A stretch of DNA of 64,000 nucleotides from Chiloscyllium plagiosum (taxonomy: Eukaryota): the NCBI RefSeq assembly GCF_004010195.1, contig NC_057719.1:64235218-64299217 (forward strand), read 5' to 3'. Position 1 is the first letter of the stretch, and each line of letters begins with the position of its first letter. The position numbers and the translations under genes were made by a program. The notes under the pieces are model-generated. The model searched no databases. It was not told the DNA's origin and worked only from the letters and a program-made list of their open reading frames with translations. Below are positions 11,601 through 26,600 of this stretch, piece by piece.

Positions 11601-14600
11601 TCCTCCCATCTGATTCTTTAAATCTAAAATAGCCATTATTTTTTGCACCAGATATCGCTTCCGTCAAATGTCAGAAGAGAGATTGAATTCTTTTTGCTTC
11701 TGGAACAGCTACAGCCACAGATCTCACAAGATGTCCTAAAGGTAATGTCTTTATATTTTTATGGCATTATGTTTTTTTTAAGTTGAGCTCTTAATTGAGA
11801 CAGCTATCAACTATTATGGAATGTGTAATAAATTTAATTCTATATGATGTTGTGCAATTTTAAAAATTGAGGCAGTGTTTGATGCATTGCTATGTTTTAT
11901 AGTACTTTTCAGTTTATGGATGGTTTGATTAATAATGGCAGAACTGCTTATTCTGTGATACTAATTAATTTCGTTCTGTGTGCAGGAACTAAACAGTATA
12001 TTTTTTAAATGTCATAATCCTGGTATGGTGATTGAGAAACAAGAGGACTTCAGCACCTATACACTAAGTCCTGAGGCATTTTCTTCTTTGTGGAAACTTT
12101 TATCCAGTAACCCTCAACTTGTGAAGGCCTTGGTTTCTTATTTGATGGTTGAAAGCACTGAAAGTTCTGCTGTGGAACACAACCATAGGCTACAGAAACT
12201 ATTCATTGACTTTCTGCAGAATGCTCTATGTATACTAAAGGAAGCACGCAAGGGAAATGCCAAAAATGAATCTGTCATGGATGTGTACGAGTCAACAAAA
12301 AAACAAATCTATTCTGTTGTTTCTGTGCTTATATTTGATGCGGAAAGGGAGGCCTATGAAATCCAACAGTTATGTGAGGAGCTATATGATGCTTGCTGTG
12401 CCACAGAATATGGACTGAGTGAGGAGCAATTACTTGGTTTCATGCTTAGAAAATCAAACCAAACTCTGATCAATTTGTACAGTACTATATCCATCAAGAA
12501 GAGTAAAGAGAAGCTGATAGCACAAATCTCATCTGACAGAGGTAATCAGTAATTTCCTTTTCTGGTTCCCACTCCCATTCTTGCAGTAGAAAAAGCTGCA
12601 GTGTTGGTTCTGCTATAACATGGTAGTTCAGTTCATGTGCAATCCCATGTCATAAGAAAATCGTGTAATAGCAGCACCATTAAAACTAATAGAAACAATA
12701 ACCCCAATTCGTCAATCATGTTACAGCGAATTCTCATTAATGAAACAACGTGTTAGAGTAAAACGACCTGTATGTGATTTCCTTTTCGATTTTCTTCTCA
12801 AGCTAATAATTTACAAATGCTTATTTTCTAGTTATTCCACACTGTACTCTCACCTTAGCTCATTTTGTATTTCTTTCCTGAATTGAGAAACATGCACAGG
12901 AATGCACCTTCTACTGTAACTTGTACAGGTCACTTTTCTTTGTGATTGAACTGTTAGGTGATTGAAATACGATGAACAAGCCCAATGCTGGCGTTAAACC
13001 ATATCTACATGCACACTTTTCTGATAGCAGATATTTATTATTAACAGCTACTTCAAATATTGCTCCCTGTTATTACCATTATTAACCAGCCCACAGTGTA
13101 TTTCCATCATTCATTTGTTCAGTTGCGTGACCCAAACTTGGCGACCTAAGTCAAAGTCACATATAACCTCAATTTCCCTGTTTTGCTTGTGCTGTATTTC
13201 TAACAATGGCTCCAGTAGGTTTAAAACTAAAATGACAATTTGCAGTAGTAATATGGACTATCTTTGAGACAATGAGAACCTCCACACAGTGAGGAAAAAT
13301 AGATGCTTTTGACACTTGGATTAAAGCTTTAGTTACCAGGATCCTGTTTATTATGGCCTTGAACTATCTGATAATCAGGGATTTTGACCCACTCCATCCA
13401 TGTACTTCATCGTATATAGGGCTGTAGAATATTAACATCTAATGAGTAGCATTATGTAAAATATAGTTTGATTCCAGGAACCATTCCAAGGTATTTGAAG
13501 AATTGGTTATCCAGGATCACTATTTGAAAAAAATTTGTTGAAACATTCTCCCTGCCAGACATATTCTTACTGGGAAAGAGGCTTGTCTGAGGTTGTTGAT
13601 CATCTATACCATACCTCATCATTTCTGACACTTTAGATGCCGATGTCAAGGTTATTACCAATATGTAGGTCAAAGCAGCAGTGAGAGAGAGTTGAACTGC
13701 ATTATTTGACCTTTAAAGTTTGTTTTCATTTTCTTTTTTTTTCAGTTTCTCTTGGATTATCAGAGGCTGAAAAAGTTATGTTAGCATCATTTGCAGATGC
13801 TGAGGAACCTCCTTCTTGGAAGGCAGCCTACTTCTACAGCATGAGCACCAATAAGCACTTTGTGGAACAGGTTCTGGTATGTATTGGGACCAAGGGAACA
13901 GGATATGTTGGTTTTGATTTTTGAATCAAATATTCAATAATAAATCTAGAATCATGTTCAGAGAAATGTCACTATGCACCCTATTGTTGCATGTTTCATG
14001 AAGGAGCCTTCTTAAACTCTGCAATCTACAATGTTGTATGTTTGGAACAAGTCCAGAACCCTGATCTTGATGCTGAATTAACAAGCTTAATCAGATGACC
14101 ACAAGCAATGTAGTAAAGGCAGTGAGCTTGGGAAGGAAATGGTGACTTTAGTTTGATGATTCACAGAATTGTTACGGTACAGAAGGAGGCCCATCATGTC
14201 TGCTCAAACTGACTTCCAAGATGTCCACCATTTTTCCACTTAGCATTTCAGTCTTCTATTACCTGTCTCAGATGTTGGTATCCTTGTTTTTCATTTTATG
14301 TGCTTAGGTCATGAAAGTATCTCATCATATGCAAAATGTAAAACAACTACTTGGTGTGGTTGGGTGATATAGACAGGCTATGGCCAGAGTGGTGGTGTTC
14401 TCTGACACTACAGTAAATTGTGTAGAAAGCTGCATTTTTGCAGATCAACATTTATCTATAAAATTTCAGTAATATCAGAAGGAATCCTGTAACTTTCTAT
14501 TCTGAACCACGTATCTTCATTATTAATGATGCATGTACTTTACTTCAAAAACCATAAAAACTTGTTTTTAATCCATGAGCAAAGTCTGAAGCTAGCTGAT

Positions 14601-17600
14601 TTTTTTAACTCTTTGACTCAAACCTTAAATCTATTTTGTCATTTATTAAACTGTAAGCTCCGATAGCAATCCTCTGTTATATTTTCAGATTGTATCATTT
14701 CCTTGCTTTACAATGCAGGTGCTTCCTCAGATTCATGTCAGTGTAGTTACTGTAATATTGAATCATTTATAGCATTTTTATTATATATTTTTAATCGGTC
14801 TGTTCAGATGTTTAAGACACATCTCTGACACAGGTGGGCCTTGATCCCAGGCATCCTGACTCCAAGGTCTCTTGACACCACCATGTAACTTAAATTGCCT
14901 GATGATGTTTTAGTAAGTTAACGCCAAAAATGCCCTGATTATATGATATAGTCACCATTGGCTTTTCTGAGTAAAAGTTTATCCAGAGTGTATCCATCAT
15001 TGAACTTGCATGTAAAATAAGAAAATAACTTGATTAAATCAAGGTGCTTTTTGCCTATTTATTTATTTACAAATACTTTAATTTTCACGCTGTTGTTGTT
15101 GACCTGATACATTTGTGGTAAGTGCATGAAGTGAATATTTTTTCACTTACTCCCTTGAACGGTACACTGCTATTAATTTAATTTTGATATGTGCGCAGTT
15201 CTTGCATCATGATCTCGCTGCCCTTCCTTAACGCCAAATGTCTAGTGTAAAGACTACTATAATTTCTTGGACTGTGGCCTTAAAATGAGAAAATATACTG
15301 CTACACATAATGAATGGGTGCTGCAGTGTTCTCATTATTCAAGGCACAGTAGAAGAAGATTTGGTAACTTTTTAAAAAAAAGATTACTGAAACTTTATAT
15401 GTTGCATCTACGAGGTAGCCTTATTCAAGCAGTGGGGAAAGCATCTGAGATACCTTGGCTTCATGGGGATTTGTCCAATGACAGATTTTTTAACATTTTT
15501 TCAACCACAGCCAGTTGTGTATGCTCAAGTGTACTCAGCATAGTTCCTGGGCAAGTGGCTACAACTTTATGTTTGGATAACACAGCAGAAATATGTAGCT
15601 TGTAAAGTTGAGTGGAGTACTAGAAGAAACTAGTTATTCTGTCGCAATCTCTGAAAATCCCTTTCTTGAATGGAAAAAGTGAAAAAAAAACTTTGGAGAT
15701 ACAAAGGCAAATCCTCAACTGGGGAATGGAAGATTGAGAATTGCTTTGACTATAACCTCATGTACTCCTCACAGAGGCAAAAGGAACTGAAAGGAAACAA
15801 CTCATCACCTGTTGTCTAGAATAGTGCCACAAGTATGCTTCACTGACTTTTGCTTTATTCCTCCCTCACCCCATGGTATTTCTATTTTGTCTTGTATCTG
15901 TGTCTGTTTGTATATAAGTAGGAATCTTTCAAAAGTGGGAGGATTTAAAATATAGAGAGTTGTGAGTTAGTAATTCATGTTCCTTTTCTATTTGAGGTTT
16001 AAAAACAACAAGCACTAAATACCTGTTTCTGTTATGTTTAGATACCTGATGTGTGTATTCTTTATACTTAGGTTCATCAGCCAGGTAAACTGGGGACTTT
16101 GAATATTTGAAGTAAATCTTTTTCACATCTCTGATGACTCTGGAAATAGTGGGACTTGATTTCCAGTGCATTACCCCAGTGAGTCTGACTATCTTGGAGA
16201 GATAACAGAGCTGTCTGGGATTTTAATAGATACATCACTTGGCGAACAGTCTTCTTGGCAATCCAATTAAACTTATTTTCTAGATTTAACATTGGCATTT
16301 ATTAAAATGAGTGATTGATTTATGATTACATAATGAATGTCTGCTGCAGTGTTCTCATTATTCTTTTTTTTACTTTGTTAGGCTACTGCTTTACAATTAA
16401 TAAAGCGGGAGGATTACAGCACTTTAAGCAAATTAACGAAGAAGACATTCAAGCCCCTTTCACGACTCATGGTGTTGCTGGGGTGGACTCACTGCCAAAG
16501 TCTAGAATCAGCTCAGAATCTACTATGTACGCTCCATCAAAGCAAGGTATGGACGCTATTGATGGTGAAAGCTCGTGAAATACTTCAATTAAGCAGTCAA
16601 TGTGAATGTAACATTATTTGTCAATGGTGATTGCATGAATGATTTTAAAAAATTACTGTGCGAGTTATAAGTGGTCACTTTAAATGCAAACCAAAGGTAA
16701 TTAAATTAGGGATCTATAAATGGCCCATGCTAAATTCTCAGCAGCAATCAACCAACTTTATTTCTACATCACCTACAATAACTGGTCTAGCAAATTATTC
16801 ACTTGTGTTCCGATGCACTTTATTTACTGACTTTAACTTTCAGATTTGGGAGTCTGAAAGTCATAAATAGTGCTTCATCTTACTAGAGACATTGGTTTTT
16901 TAATATTTTGCTGAATGTCCATCATCACAAAAGAAAAGCCAGAAATCAAACATGGAGAAGGGATTAGGTGGATGCAATAGTTTTAACATCCAAAGTACCT
17001 GAGCTCACTCTATTGGCTCCAAAAGCAAAATGTTATTTGGGCAATTTCTGTATATTAGTAATATAGACTTGGAGACTAATTTGGTGCTAATTACTAACTG
17101 TACCATGCTGTACCATGTCCAGTGATGGTCCACTAGACTGATTCCTAGTTGGTAGAACAGGCATATGACTAAATACTGAATCAATTGGGTTTGTATTCAT
17201 TGGAATTTTGAAAAATGAGAGGGGAATCTCACAGAAATATATAAAATCCTGATGGGACTGAGCAGGCTAGATGAGGGACAAATGTTCCCAATGTTGGGGA
17301 AATCGAGAACTAGGGGTCTCAGCCTAAGAATAAGGGGTAAGCCGTTCAGATGAGGAAGAATTTCTTTACTCAAAGTTATGAACCTGAAAGTTATCACAGA
17401 AAGCTGTTGGGGCCAGTTCGTTAAATACTTTTAAGCGGGTGCTGGAGGTGGCCCTTGCAGCTAAAGGGACCAAGAGATATGGTGACTAAGCAAGAGTGGG
17501 ATGCATGATCAACCATGATAGCTGGAAGGGCCGAATGGCTTACTTGTGCTGCTATTTTCTAAGTTTCAATGACTAGTGTTGGAGTTGATCTAAATTTGAT

Positions 17601-20600
17601 CTGATGCATATTGTGCCGAGATTAGGAGCCTTTTAGTTTAGTAACAGCGCTTCTTTTTCTGATTGATAAAGTATTGGGCTTAACCTCACTCCAGAAATCT
17701 GAAGGGTTCATACTCTAGTGTGGTACAAAGGAAGTGTTTGAGGTGTCATCTTTTGGTTGAGATTTAAAATTGATGGTCTTTCTCTCTCATGGATAGTTGC
17801 AAAGGATCCCACAGACCCTGTTTGATGCTGGGGAGTTCTTTCAGTGTCATGGCTAATGTTTCTTCTTCAATCAGTGTCACTTAAGAGCCCAGATCATTTA
17901 ATTTATTTGTGCATTACTGTATATGGGACCATGCTGTTTGTAAATCAGGTGCTGTTTCCTTGTGTTATAACAGTGACTACACATCATTAGCTGTAATGTG
18001 CATTGAGAAGACTTGAGTCATGAAAAGTGAGTTATTTCTTTTTCTTTCCACTGCATCTAGCTCTAGTGGATTTCATCATATTCTTTGAACTGACAAGCAA
18101 CATAGGAAGTTTAAAACTAGGTTTACTTTGAAAGCTTGGACAAAAATGTTTTGCAACTTTATTCCCAAAATCTTGACCCCTCTGTGGTTTAAATTATCAA
18201 GATGTTGCAGCCTTTGCATTTCCTATAATTTGCTCGCAAGAAGTATTTTAGAACAGCTTTGTAAGTAAGTCACACTGTTACTATTAATTTTGATTTTCCT
18301 CTCAGGAACAATGTTGTGATGCAGTGCTCCAAGACTTCTGTGGTGGGTTGTCTTCTCATATTGAGGTTCTTGAGTGGTGTTTGAAATGGAACAGGTAATT
18401 GCATTGATGTAATTATTTTTTTCATTTTTGCTTCTTGCCATCATTGGCTGTTATAATCTCTAGATTTGCATCATTGAAGTAATTCTTCCCATGTTTCAGG
18501 AAAGTGGAAAAAAAAATTACTAACAAGTAAGTTTGATTATGCTTGATTAATAGTTTATGCTGCGTTAGTAAGAACAACACTTTCAGTTTTGGTGTCTCAA
18601 GATGCCATGGGGAAGGGTAATCAATTAGTATCCAAATGATCAAATGTATATTTGTATTGGAAACTGCAGCAAATAGTATTGTTGATGTGGATGTGGACTT
18701 GGATTTTCATAGGTTTATCTACTTCCACCAATAAAATATACTTCCTTGGCATTGTTTTTCTCCTGTGTCCTTTTGGACCCCAGAATTGCAATTGCACTTC
18801 TATGTCCATCATATGCTCATTGCTTGCTTACTTTACTGAGGCTCCCAGCACTAGTAGTGGCCCTCAGCATGACAGCTGTGGGTGATTGGAGCAGGAGTAG
18901 GATGATTAAAAATTGGCATATAGTACCTTTCACGAACATTAGATATCTCAATGTAATTTATAGACAACAAAGTACTACTGAAGTGTGGCCACTCTTCTTA
19001 TACAGGAAAGATGGGGGTTAAATATTGGTCAGGACATGTGGAAAACTCCCTGTTCTTCAAAATAGTAGTTTGTGATCTTTAATAGTCACTCAAGTGGGCA
19101 GATGAAGCATCTGTTTTACATCTCACTTGAAAGGTGGTGCTTTTGACAGTTTAGCGCTCTGCTGGAGTGTCACTTTTGATCTTTGTGCTCATGTCCTTGA
19201 GTGGAACTTGAATGCAGAGTCTTCTGATTCTGGTCACAGCATTATTCACTAACCCATGGCTTGCACCAAAGTGCAACAATCTAATTTTAGGGCTCATGTG
19301 GCAGAGCTAAAATTAGTCTTATTGTCTTGACCAAAGTTATATGTTCTGACTTGTGTTCCTGTCCTTTTCTAAAATAAATCTCATAGGAACAGCATTCCTG
19401 AAAAGGATTTCATTCGCCATTTGCACAGTCTGGACTGCCACTCTGCTTTGTATAGTTTGCATCACCTTACAAACCTGCCTGCACTGAAAGTGGACGATGT
19501 CATTGACCTCCTTCAGAAACAATCTGCTAATGGAAATGGTGATGACAATTCTTAGTTTCTTTTAGTTGTTTTGAGCTCTTGGAAGACATTTTTATAATAC
19601 TAATGTAGTAAGCTGTGTTCAATGCAAATCTGAAATTACAGGGATAAAGTGAGAGATTTCTGAAGGTACTCATATTATTTGCATGAAATAATAGCATATT
19701 ACTATGTTTTCAGAAAACTGAGTTGAATTTAACATTCAGTACAGGCTAATTTCTCATAACTCGATATGGCCAGCACTTATATTTTTAAACTTTGTTTTAT
19801 GCATACTCATTTGCTCAGGAGTAATGTAATATATAACTACATTGATTGCTAGGAGGTGTACAAATGTGGCTACATAAACTACTTTATCGTTATAAAAATA
19901 TTTTAAAATCAGGAACTCTGGAATTGGAGGTGACAAGTTTCAATCCACCTGATATGGAGCACAAATACACAGCTCAAAGTTGGCATATATAATTGATGTT
20001 GCTGTGACCTTGAGGTAGATTATGCACAGGAACCCATGTCTTCAAGAAATAAGACATGAGCTTTTGGTAGAGAAGTGTGTCAAGAATTTGATTTGAGCAT
20101 TCTTAATTAGTCAATATGATTGTTTCAAGTTTTCATTAAATGATACGTGTAGGGCAAATTTGTTTGTTTGCATTAATTGTTTCTATTCTTTAGGTGCAAG
20201 ATCTCAAAGCGTGACTCAGCGTCGAAATGTGACATTGTACCAAGCGTTTTGTGTCCTTAAATATGCCATATATGCAATCTGCATAAATGCACATCAGCCA
20301 TCTTTGTGTAAGGACTGCCCATATTCGTTATTGGATGCAGCTGTTAAAGATGTTGCACTTGAAACTGAGCATGCATGTAGTCAAGGTAAACAAAAAGTGC
20401 TTTAATGAGCAATTATATAGTCTTTGTTATATCATCTATCTTCAGTCTAGATGTTCTACCCTTTCTGCACCCCTGTTAACCTTTTAGTTGAAGCTGCTGT
20501 AGTCTGTTGCATCACTCATGCAGTGACCCACAACGGGCGGCACGGTGGCAGTGGGTGGCACGGTGGCACAGTGGATAGCACTGTTGCCTCACAGCGCCAG

Positions 20601-23600
20601 AGACCCGGGTTCAATTCCCACCTCAGGCGACTGACTGTGTGGAGTTTGCATGTTCTCCCCGTGTCTGCGTGGGTTTCCTCCGGGTGCTCTGGTTTCCTCC
20701 CACAGTCCAAAGATGTGCAGGTCAGGTGAATTGGCCATACTAAATTGCCCGTAGTGTTAAGTATAGGGGTAAATGTAGGGGTATGGGTGGGTTGCGCTTC
20801 GGCGGGTCGGTGTGGACTTGTTGGGCAGAAGGGCCTGTTTCCACACTGTAATGTAATGTAATCTAATCTAATAGAAATTAGTCAATTCAGATGAGAATGA
20901 GCTTCAAATGTGGGACCACCACCTGTCTCTGAGTTCTGTAGAACATCTCATAGGAACTATCTGAGCAATCGAGAAAAGCCTAGACTTGGGTGCCTTCTAT
21001 ATTACAAAACGTTTATCAGTATTTGTGAGAAAATACAGTTTTCAGGAAAAATAAATTATTTTATTTACTCAACAGGTTGTTCTTCAGTTTTCAAGTTTTA
21101 TTTATCCAGGTGTCAGGAGTTTCTACATGTGATCCCTGCTCCTTTCCGATTAGAGGTGTTGGAGAATATCTTCTCTTTATTGTTTTTGTCCTACAATGAC
21201 CTCTATGGGGATAAAACAGGGCATGAAGGACAATTTTGCCTTGATGAAGAAGGAGACACTGAACAAATACAAGCAGGAGTGGGCTTCGAAACAATTGTAG
21301 ATAACTTGGAATCCACAATGGAAGTTGTGGATAATGATGTTGTGCATTGTGAGCACTCAAGCACTGGGCTGGATGAAAAGATCACACAGAAGACCTCAAA
21401 AGTCCTTCATCATGGTTGCATGCAGAAGCTGAAGGTCACAAACTTTACGTACGCACCTGCGGAAAATGATCCAAGAGAACAGCTGGAATATCTGAATCTA
21501 AAGCATTTTACAATGAGTGTAAATCGTGGGAATGGCTTTTTAGTGAATGCAGCGACGATGAACATATTTCTGGATGTGATAAAAGATCATTTGGAGGCAC
21601 TAAAATGCCAAATTCCTTGGACACCTGGGAATGTACCTAAAGAAGATGTGCAGTTAATGGAGTGCCTGAATTGTTCAATTAGTGCAGAATCTTTTGACAA
21701 TCGATTAGCACAACTTTCCAGGTATATCTCTGAAGCCCAATGGAGGTACAAAGTAGTGACAAGTAATAAAACAACTGGTAAGACTTTTGTGAACATTGAC
21801 CATATTGTAGAAATACCCAAGCTTGGCCTTAACTGAGCAATAGTACTTTGAAAAATTCAAAATTAATTTATGTTTAAAATAAAATTAAGATTTAGATTAA
21901 TTTTGATAAGTTGTTTGATGTAGAATCTGTGGTGGAACTAAGCAGCAGCAAGGGGCTTTTGATAAATGTCCTTTCTGAGATTGGCGGGAAAGAAACATTA
22001 AACCATGTGGAAGTGGGTCTAATATACTGGCATGGATTGAGAATTGTCTCAGGAAGGAAGGAACAGAATCAAAGGAATAAATGAATCATTCTCCAGTTGG
22101 TAAGCTGTGATTTATGGAGTAATGCAGTGATCAGTGCTTGAGGCCCAGCTATTCACAAACAGTATATTTGGACTATATATCCAAATGAATATTTTCAAGT
22201 TAGAAGATGACCCAAACTAGATGGAAATGTGAGTGATGAGGGCACCAAGAGGCTTGAAAAAGATTTAGGTTATTAGGGTGAGCAAGGACTTAGCAGATGG
22301 AATATAATGTCAAAAAAATGTGAAGTTAATCATTTTGATGGGAAAAATATAAATGCAGTGTAGTTTTTAAATAGAAAGACCACGACTACACCGGAACAGA
22401 CCATTCAACCCTCCAAGCCTGTGCTGGCACATTTTGCCCTTTCATACTAAAACTGTCTTCACTTAAAGGTTCATATCCCTCTATTCCCTTCCTATTCATG
22501 TATTTGAGCATGTTCTTCTTGAATGCTGCTATTATGTCTACTTCCACCACCACCTCTGGCACTCACCACCTTTTGTGTGAAAGCTTGCCTTGCACATCTC
22601 TTTTAAACTTCCCATATCCAAAACTTGAATCTGTGTCCCTAGTAATTGACCCCTTCGCTCTCGGGAAATAGCCTCATAATTTCCACTCTGTCCATGCCAT
22701 TCATAATCATTTAAACTTCTATCAGGTCGCCTCTCAACCTTCTGCATTCTAGTGAAAACAAGCCCAATCTATCCAACCTTTCTTGATAGCTAAAACTTCC
22801 CCTCCCCCATACCAGGCAACATCCTGGTAAACCTTTTGTGTATCCTCTCCAAAGAATCCACGTCCTTCAGGTAGTGTGTTGACCAGCACTGTAAACAATA
22901 TACCAAATAGTGAGAGATTGGGGAATGTTTATATGCAAAGGGTTGTGAATATTCTTGTTGAAAAGTCACTGCAAGCTATCATGCAGGTATACCAATTAGG
23001 AAGGCAGATGATGTGATGGCATTTATTGAAAGAGTGAGTACAAGAGTAAAGAATTCTTAATGCTGTTGTTTCGAGTTTTGATAAGACTGCACCTGAAAGA
23101 TTATGTATAGTTTTGATTTCCTTTCCTAATGAAAGATTTTCTTGCTGTACAAAGGTTAAAAAAATTGCACAACACCAGGTTATAGTCCAGCAGGTTTATT
23201 GGGAAGCACTAGCTTTCCGAGCGCTGCTCCTTCATCAGGTGGATGTGGAGTTTAAGATCATAAGACACAGAATTTATAGCCTATAGAATATATCTGTGTC
23301 TTATGATCTTATACTCCACATCCACCTGATGAAGGAGCGGCCCTCCGAAAGCTAGTGTGCTTCCAAATAAACCTGTTGGACTATAACCTGGTGTTGTGTG
23401 ATTTTTAATTTCGTACACCCCAGTCCAACACTGGCACCTCCAAATCATTTCTTGCTTTGGAGGAAGTGCATCAAAGCTTCACCAGACTGGTAAGATTGTC
23501 CTGAGGGGCGAGGTTGAGGAAACTGGGCCTATATTCTCGAGAATTTAGAAGAGTGAGAGAGACCCAGTTGAAGCATTCAAAAATTTTCAAGGCTTGACAG

Positions 23601-26600
23601 GATAGATGGAGGAAGGATGTTTCCTCTGACTGGGTTGTGTGAGGGAAAGGTGTGTTGGTAGAACTGGGAGACGTAGCCTCAGAATAAAAGAGGAGGAATT
23701 TCTTCACTCAGAAGGTTGTGAGTAATGTATTTGGAATTCTCTGCCTGCAGGGCTGTGGAAGCTCAGTCATTCATGACAGAGATTGATAGATATCAGAGTT
23801 TAAATATGTCAAGGGAAATGCAATTGTACAGGAAAATGAAGATAAGCCATGATCAGAATGGCAGTGCAGGCTAGGTGGCCCAAATTGCTTATTCCTATTT
23901 CCCATGTACCATTAATTAATGTACAATAATTATAGTCTTTTTTCATATGTTTCCCTTTTGGATTGTTGTTTGGAAGTCAAATGCTTTGAAAATTTTATAT
24001 TAGTGTGGTCTACTTGAGCTACGTTGAAACCAATTCTTCCTTTAAAGCTATAAAATCTAATTGTTGTAAGTAAATGTTTCCAGACATCAGTCAGCTTAAT
24101 GGCTCTTTGTTAGGGAAATTTTTAGACGAGATGAGTAGACCCTGCCATTAAATCGGAGCTAAAGAATACTGCAAATTCTAGCTTTCATATGTGTGCAGCA
24201 AAATGCAAAAATATGGATATCCTTCTTCAGCCGCATGCTATGTGTCCTATTGTTAGATTTAGCAACAAAATAGATGCAATGTTGTGAAGATGGGTAACTT
24301 GCCTGAGTTCTCCACTAAAAATACCAGAGAAAGCCAAGTCTCTCATATGCTGTTTTGAATGGCTTGCTTACTTTCAAAGATTTGTATACAGACACTCAAC
24401 TCTGCTCTGTTCCTTCTTAAATAAAGGTGCCATTTAGTTCATGTTGCCTTTCATCTCTGTGACCTTAGATCTGATGATGTAGGATCCATATCGTTGAATC
24501 TCTACAAGGTAGAAGCAGGCCATTCGGCCCATTGAGTCCTTATTGACCCTCTGAAGATATCTCCCCCCAATCCCTGTAACCCTGCATTTCCCATGGCTAA
24601 TCCACCTAGTTTGCACATCCCGGGACACTATGGACAAATTAGCATGGCCGATCTGCCTAATCCTGCACATCTTTGGACTGTGGGAAGAAACCAGAGCAGT
24701 TAGGTGAATCCCACACAGGCACTGTGAGAATGTGCAAATCCGACACAGATAGTTGCCTGAGACTGGAATCAAATCTAGGTTCCTGGCACTGTGAGGTAGC
24801 AGTGCTAACCACTGAGCTGCCCCAAAAATAAGAAATAACAAGGGGAAGAAAATGCTGGTGGGAGTAGTCTAGAGGCCACAATCGCAGTTATGCTAGAGAG
24901 CAGAGAATAACTTAGGAGATGATGAGGATTCATAAAAAAGGCAATACATTAATTGTGATGAGTTTAATCTTCATGTAGATTGAGATAATCAGATTGGCAG
25001 AGGTAACCCTGAGGAAGAATGAATAGTGTGTACTCGGCAGTTTCTAGAACAATGTTATGGATGCAGCCCGGATCAGTTTACTTTGGATCTGGTAATATGT
25101 GATGAGGCAGGTTTAATAAATGATGTCAGTCCCTCCTAGAAAACAGTGACCATAACATAATATAATTTGGTATTCAGTTTGAATGCAAAACTTGTGTGGG
25201 AAACTATGTGCTGAACTTAAGGGTAATTATAAAGGAATGAAGACAGAGTTGGCTGGAGTGAATTGGAAAAGGAGTTTAGCAGCTGAGATGATTGAGGAAG
25301 AATGGCAGATGTTTAAGAAAGTCATTCATGGCTCACAACAAAGTATATCCTAGTGAGAAAGAAGGATTCTAGGAATGGGATAAGCCAACCTTGGTTAACC
25401 AGTGAAGTTAAAAATGAAATCAAATTGAAAAAAATACATACATATAATGTGGCAAAGTTTAGTGGTAAGCCAGAGAATTGTCATGTTTTAAAAGCCAACA
25501 AATAATGCCTCACAGTACCAGGGACCTGGGTTTGATTCCCGCCTTGGGTGACTGTGTGGAGTTTGCACATTCTCCCTGTGTCTGCATAGGTTTCCTCTGG
25601 GTGCTCCGGTTTCCTCACAATCCAAAGATGTGCAGGTTAGATGAATTGGCCAAGCTAAACTGCCCACAGTGTTTAGGGATGTGTTGATTAACTGCACTAG
25701 TCTGGGATAATGTGGAATAGTAGAGGGAATGGGTCTGGGTGGGTTACTCTTCGGAGGGTCACTGTGGACTGATTGGGTCGAAGGGCCTATTTTCACACTG
25801 TAGGATTCTATGACTTAATGAAGGGGAAATCATACCTAATGTATTTTTTTTGAAAAGTTAGCAAAAGGAGAACCAGCTGATGTAACATATTTTGATTTCC
25901 AAGAGGAATTAATTAAGGTACCACATAATCGACTACTTAATATATTAAGAATCTATGAGCTTGGGGGACCGAATGCAGAGAGAATAGGGTAGCGATTAGA
26001 AAACAATGTGTTTGGATAAGGGTGTAATCTTCAGGAAGACAACCTGTAACTATGGAATGTCAGAGGGATCAGTAGCAGGGCTATATCTGTTTACAGTATA
26101 TTAAGGATAAGAAAAGTGAATGTATTTTGCCAAGTTTGAGGATGATACAAATAGTCTGCATAGGCAGATTGCATGAGTGGTCAGATGCTTGGCAGGTGAA
26201 TATAATGTGGGAAAATGTAAGGTTATGCACTTTGGCAGGAAGAATATAATTTAAATGGAGGAAGACTGAGGAGAGCTGCAGCCTCCATTCGTCTTGCTCA
26301 TGTTGGGTATCGGGTCCTTCGTTCTGGTGGAACCAATATACCAACCACTACAGCGGACAGCTGAAACTGACAACCGGAAGCGGCAGGGACAGACCACTAT
26401 AAACACCAGAGGAAACATCAAAGAAGCGCTTCGCAGGAGGCTTCCAAGCACTGATGATGACGTCTAGCCAGGGGACGAAACGTTTGCAACAAAAACTTCC
26501 AGCTCAGCGAACAGAACCACAGTAAGGTACCACAAAATGGACTACTTAATATATTAAGAATCTATGAGCTTGGGGGATCGAATGCAGAGAGAATAGGGTA

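Noticed and set aside
20535..20620. tRNA-like sequences with A/B boxes (also 3051, 45848, 49648, 54700)
   Set aside because: They are SINE heads continuing into the V core and LINE-like tail, not tRNA genes.
20451..20729. Recurrent ORFs such as MDCGRKPEHPEETHADTGRTCKLHT and WSLHVLPVSAWVSSGCSGF
   Set aside because: Translations of SINE copies, not a gene family.
20910..21836. Long ORFs 20910..21836, 11980..12552 and 52881..53717 as standalone genes
   Set aside because: They are large ZFYVE26 exons with read-through into flanking intron.
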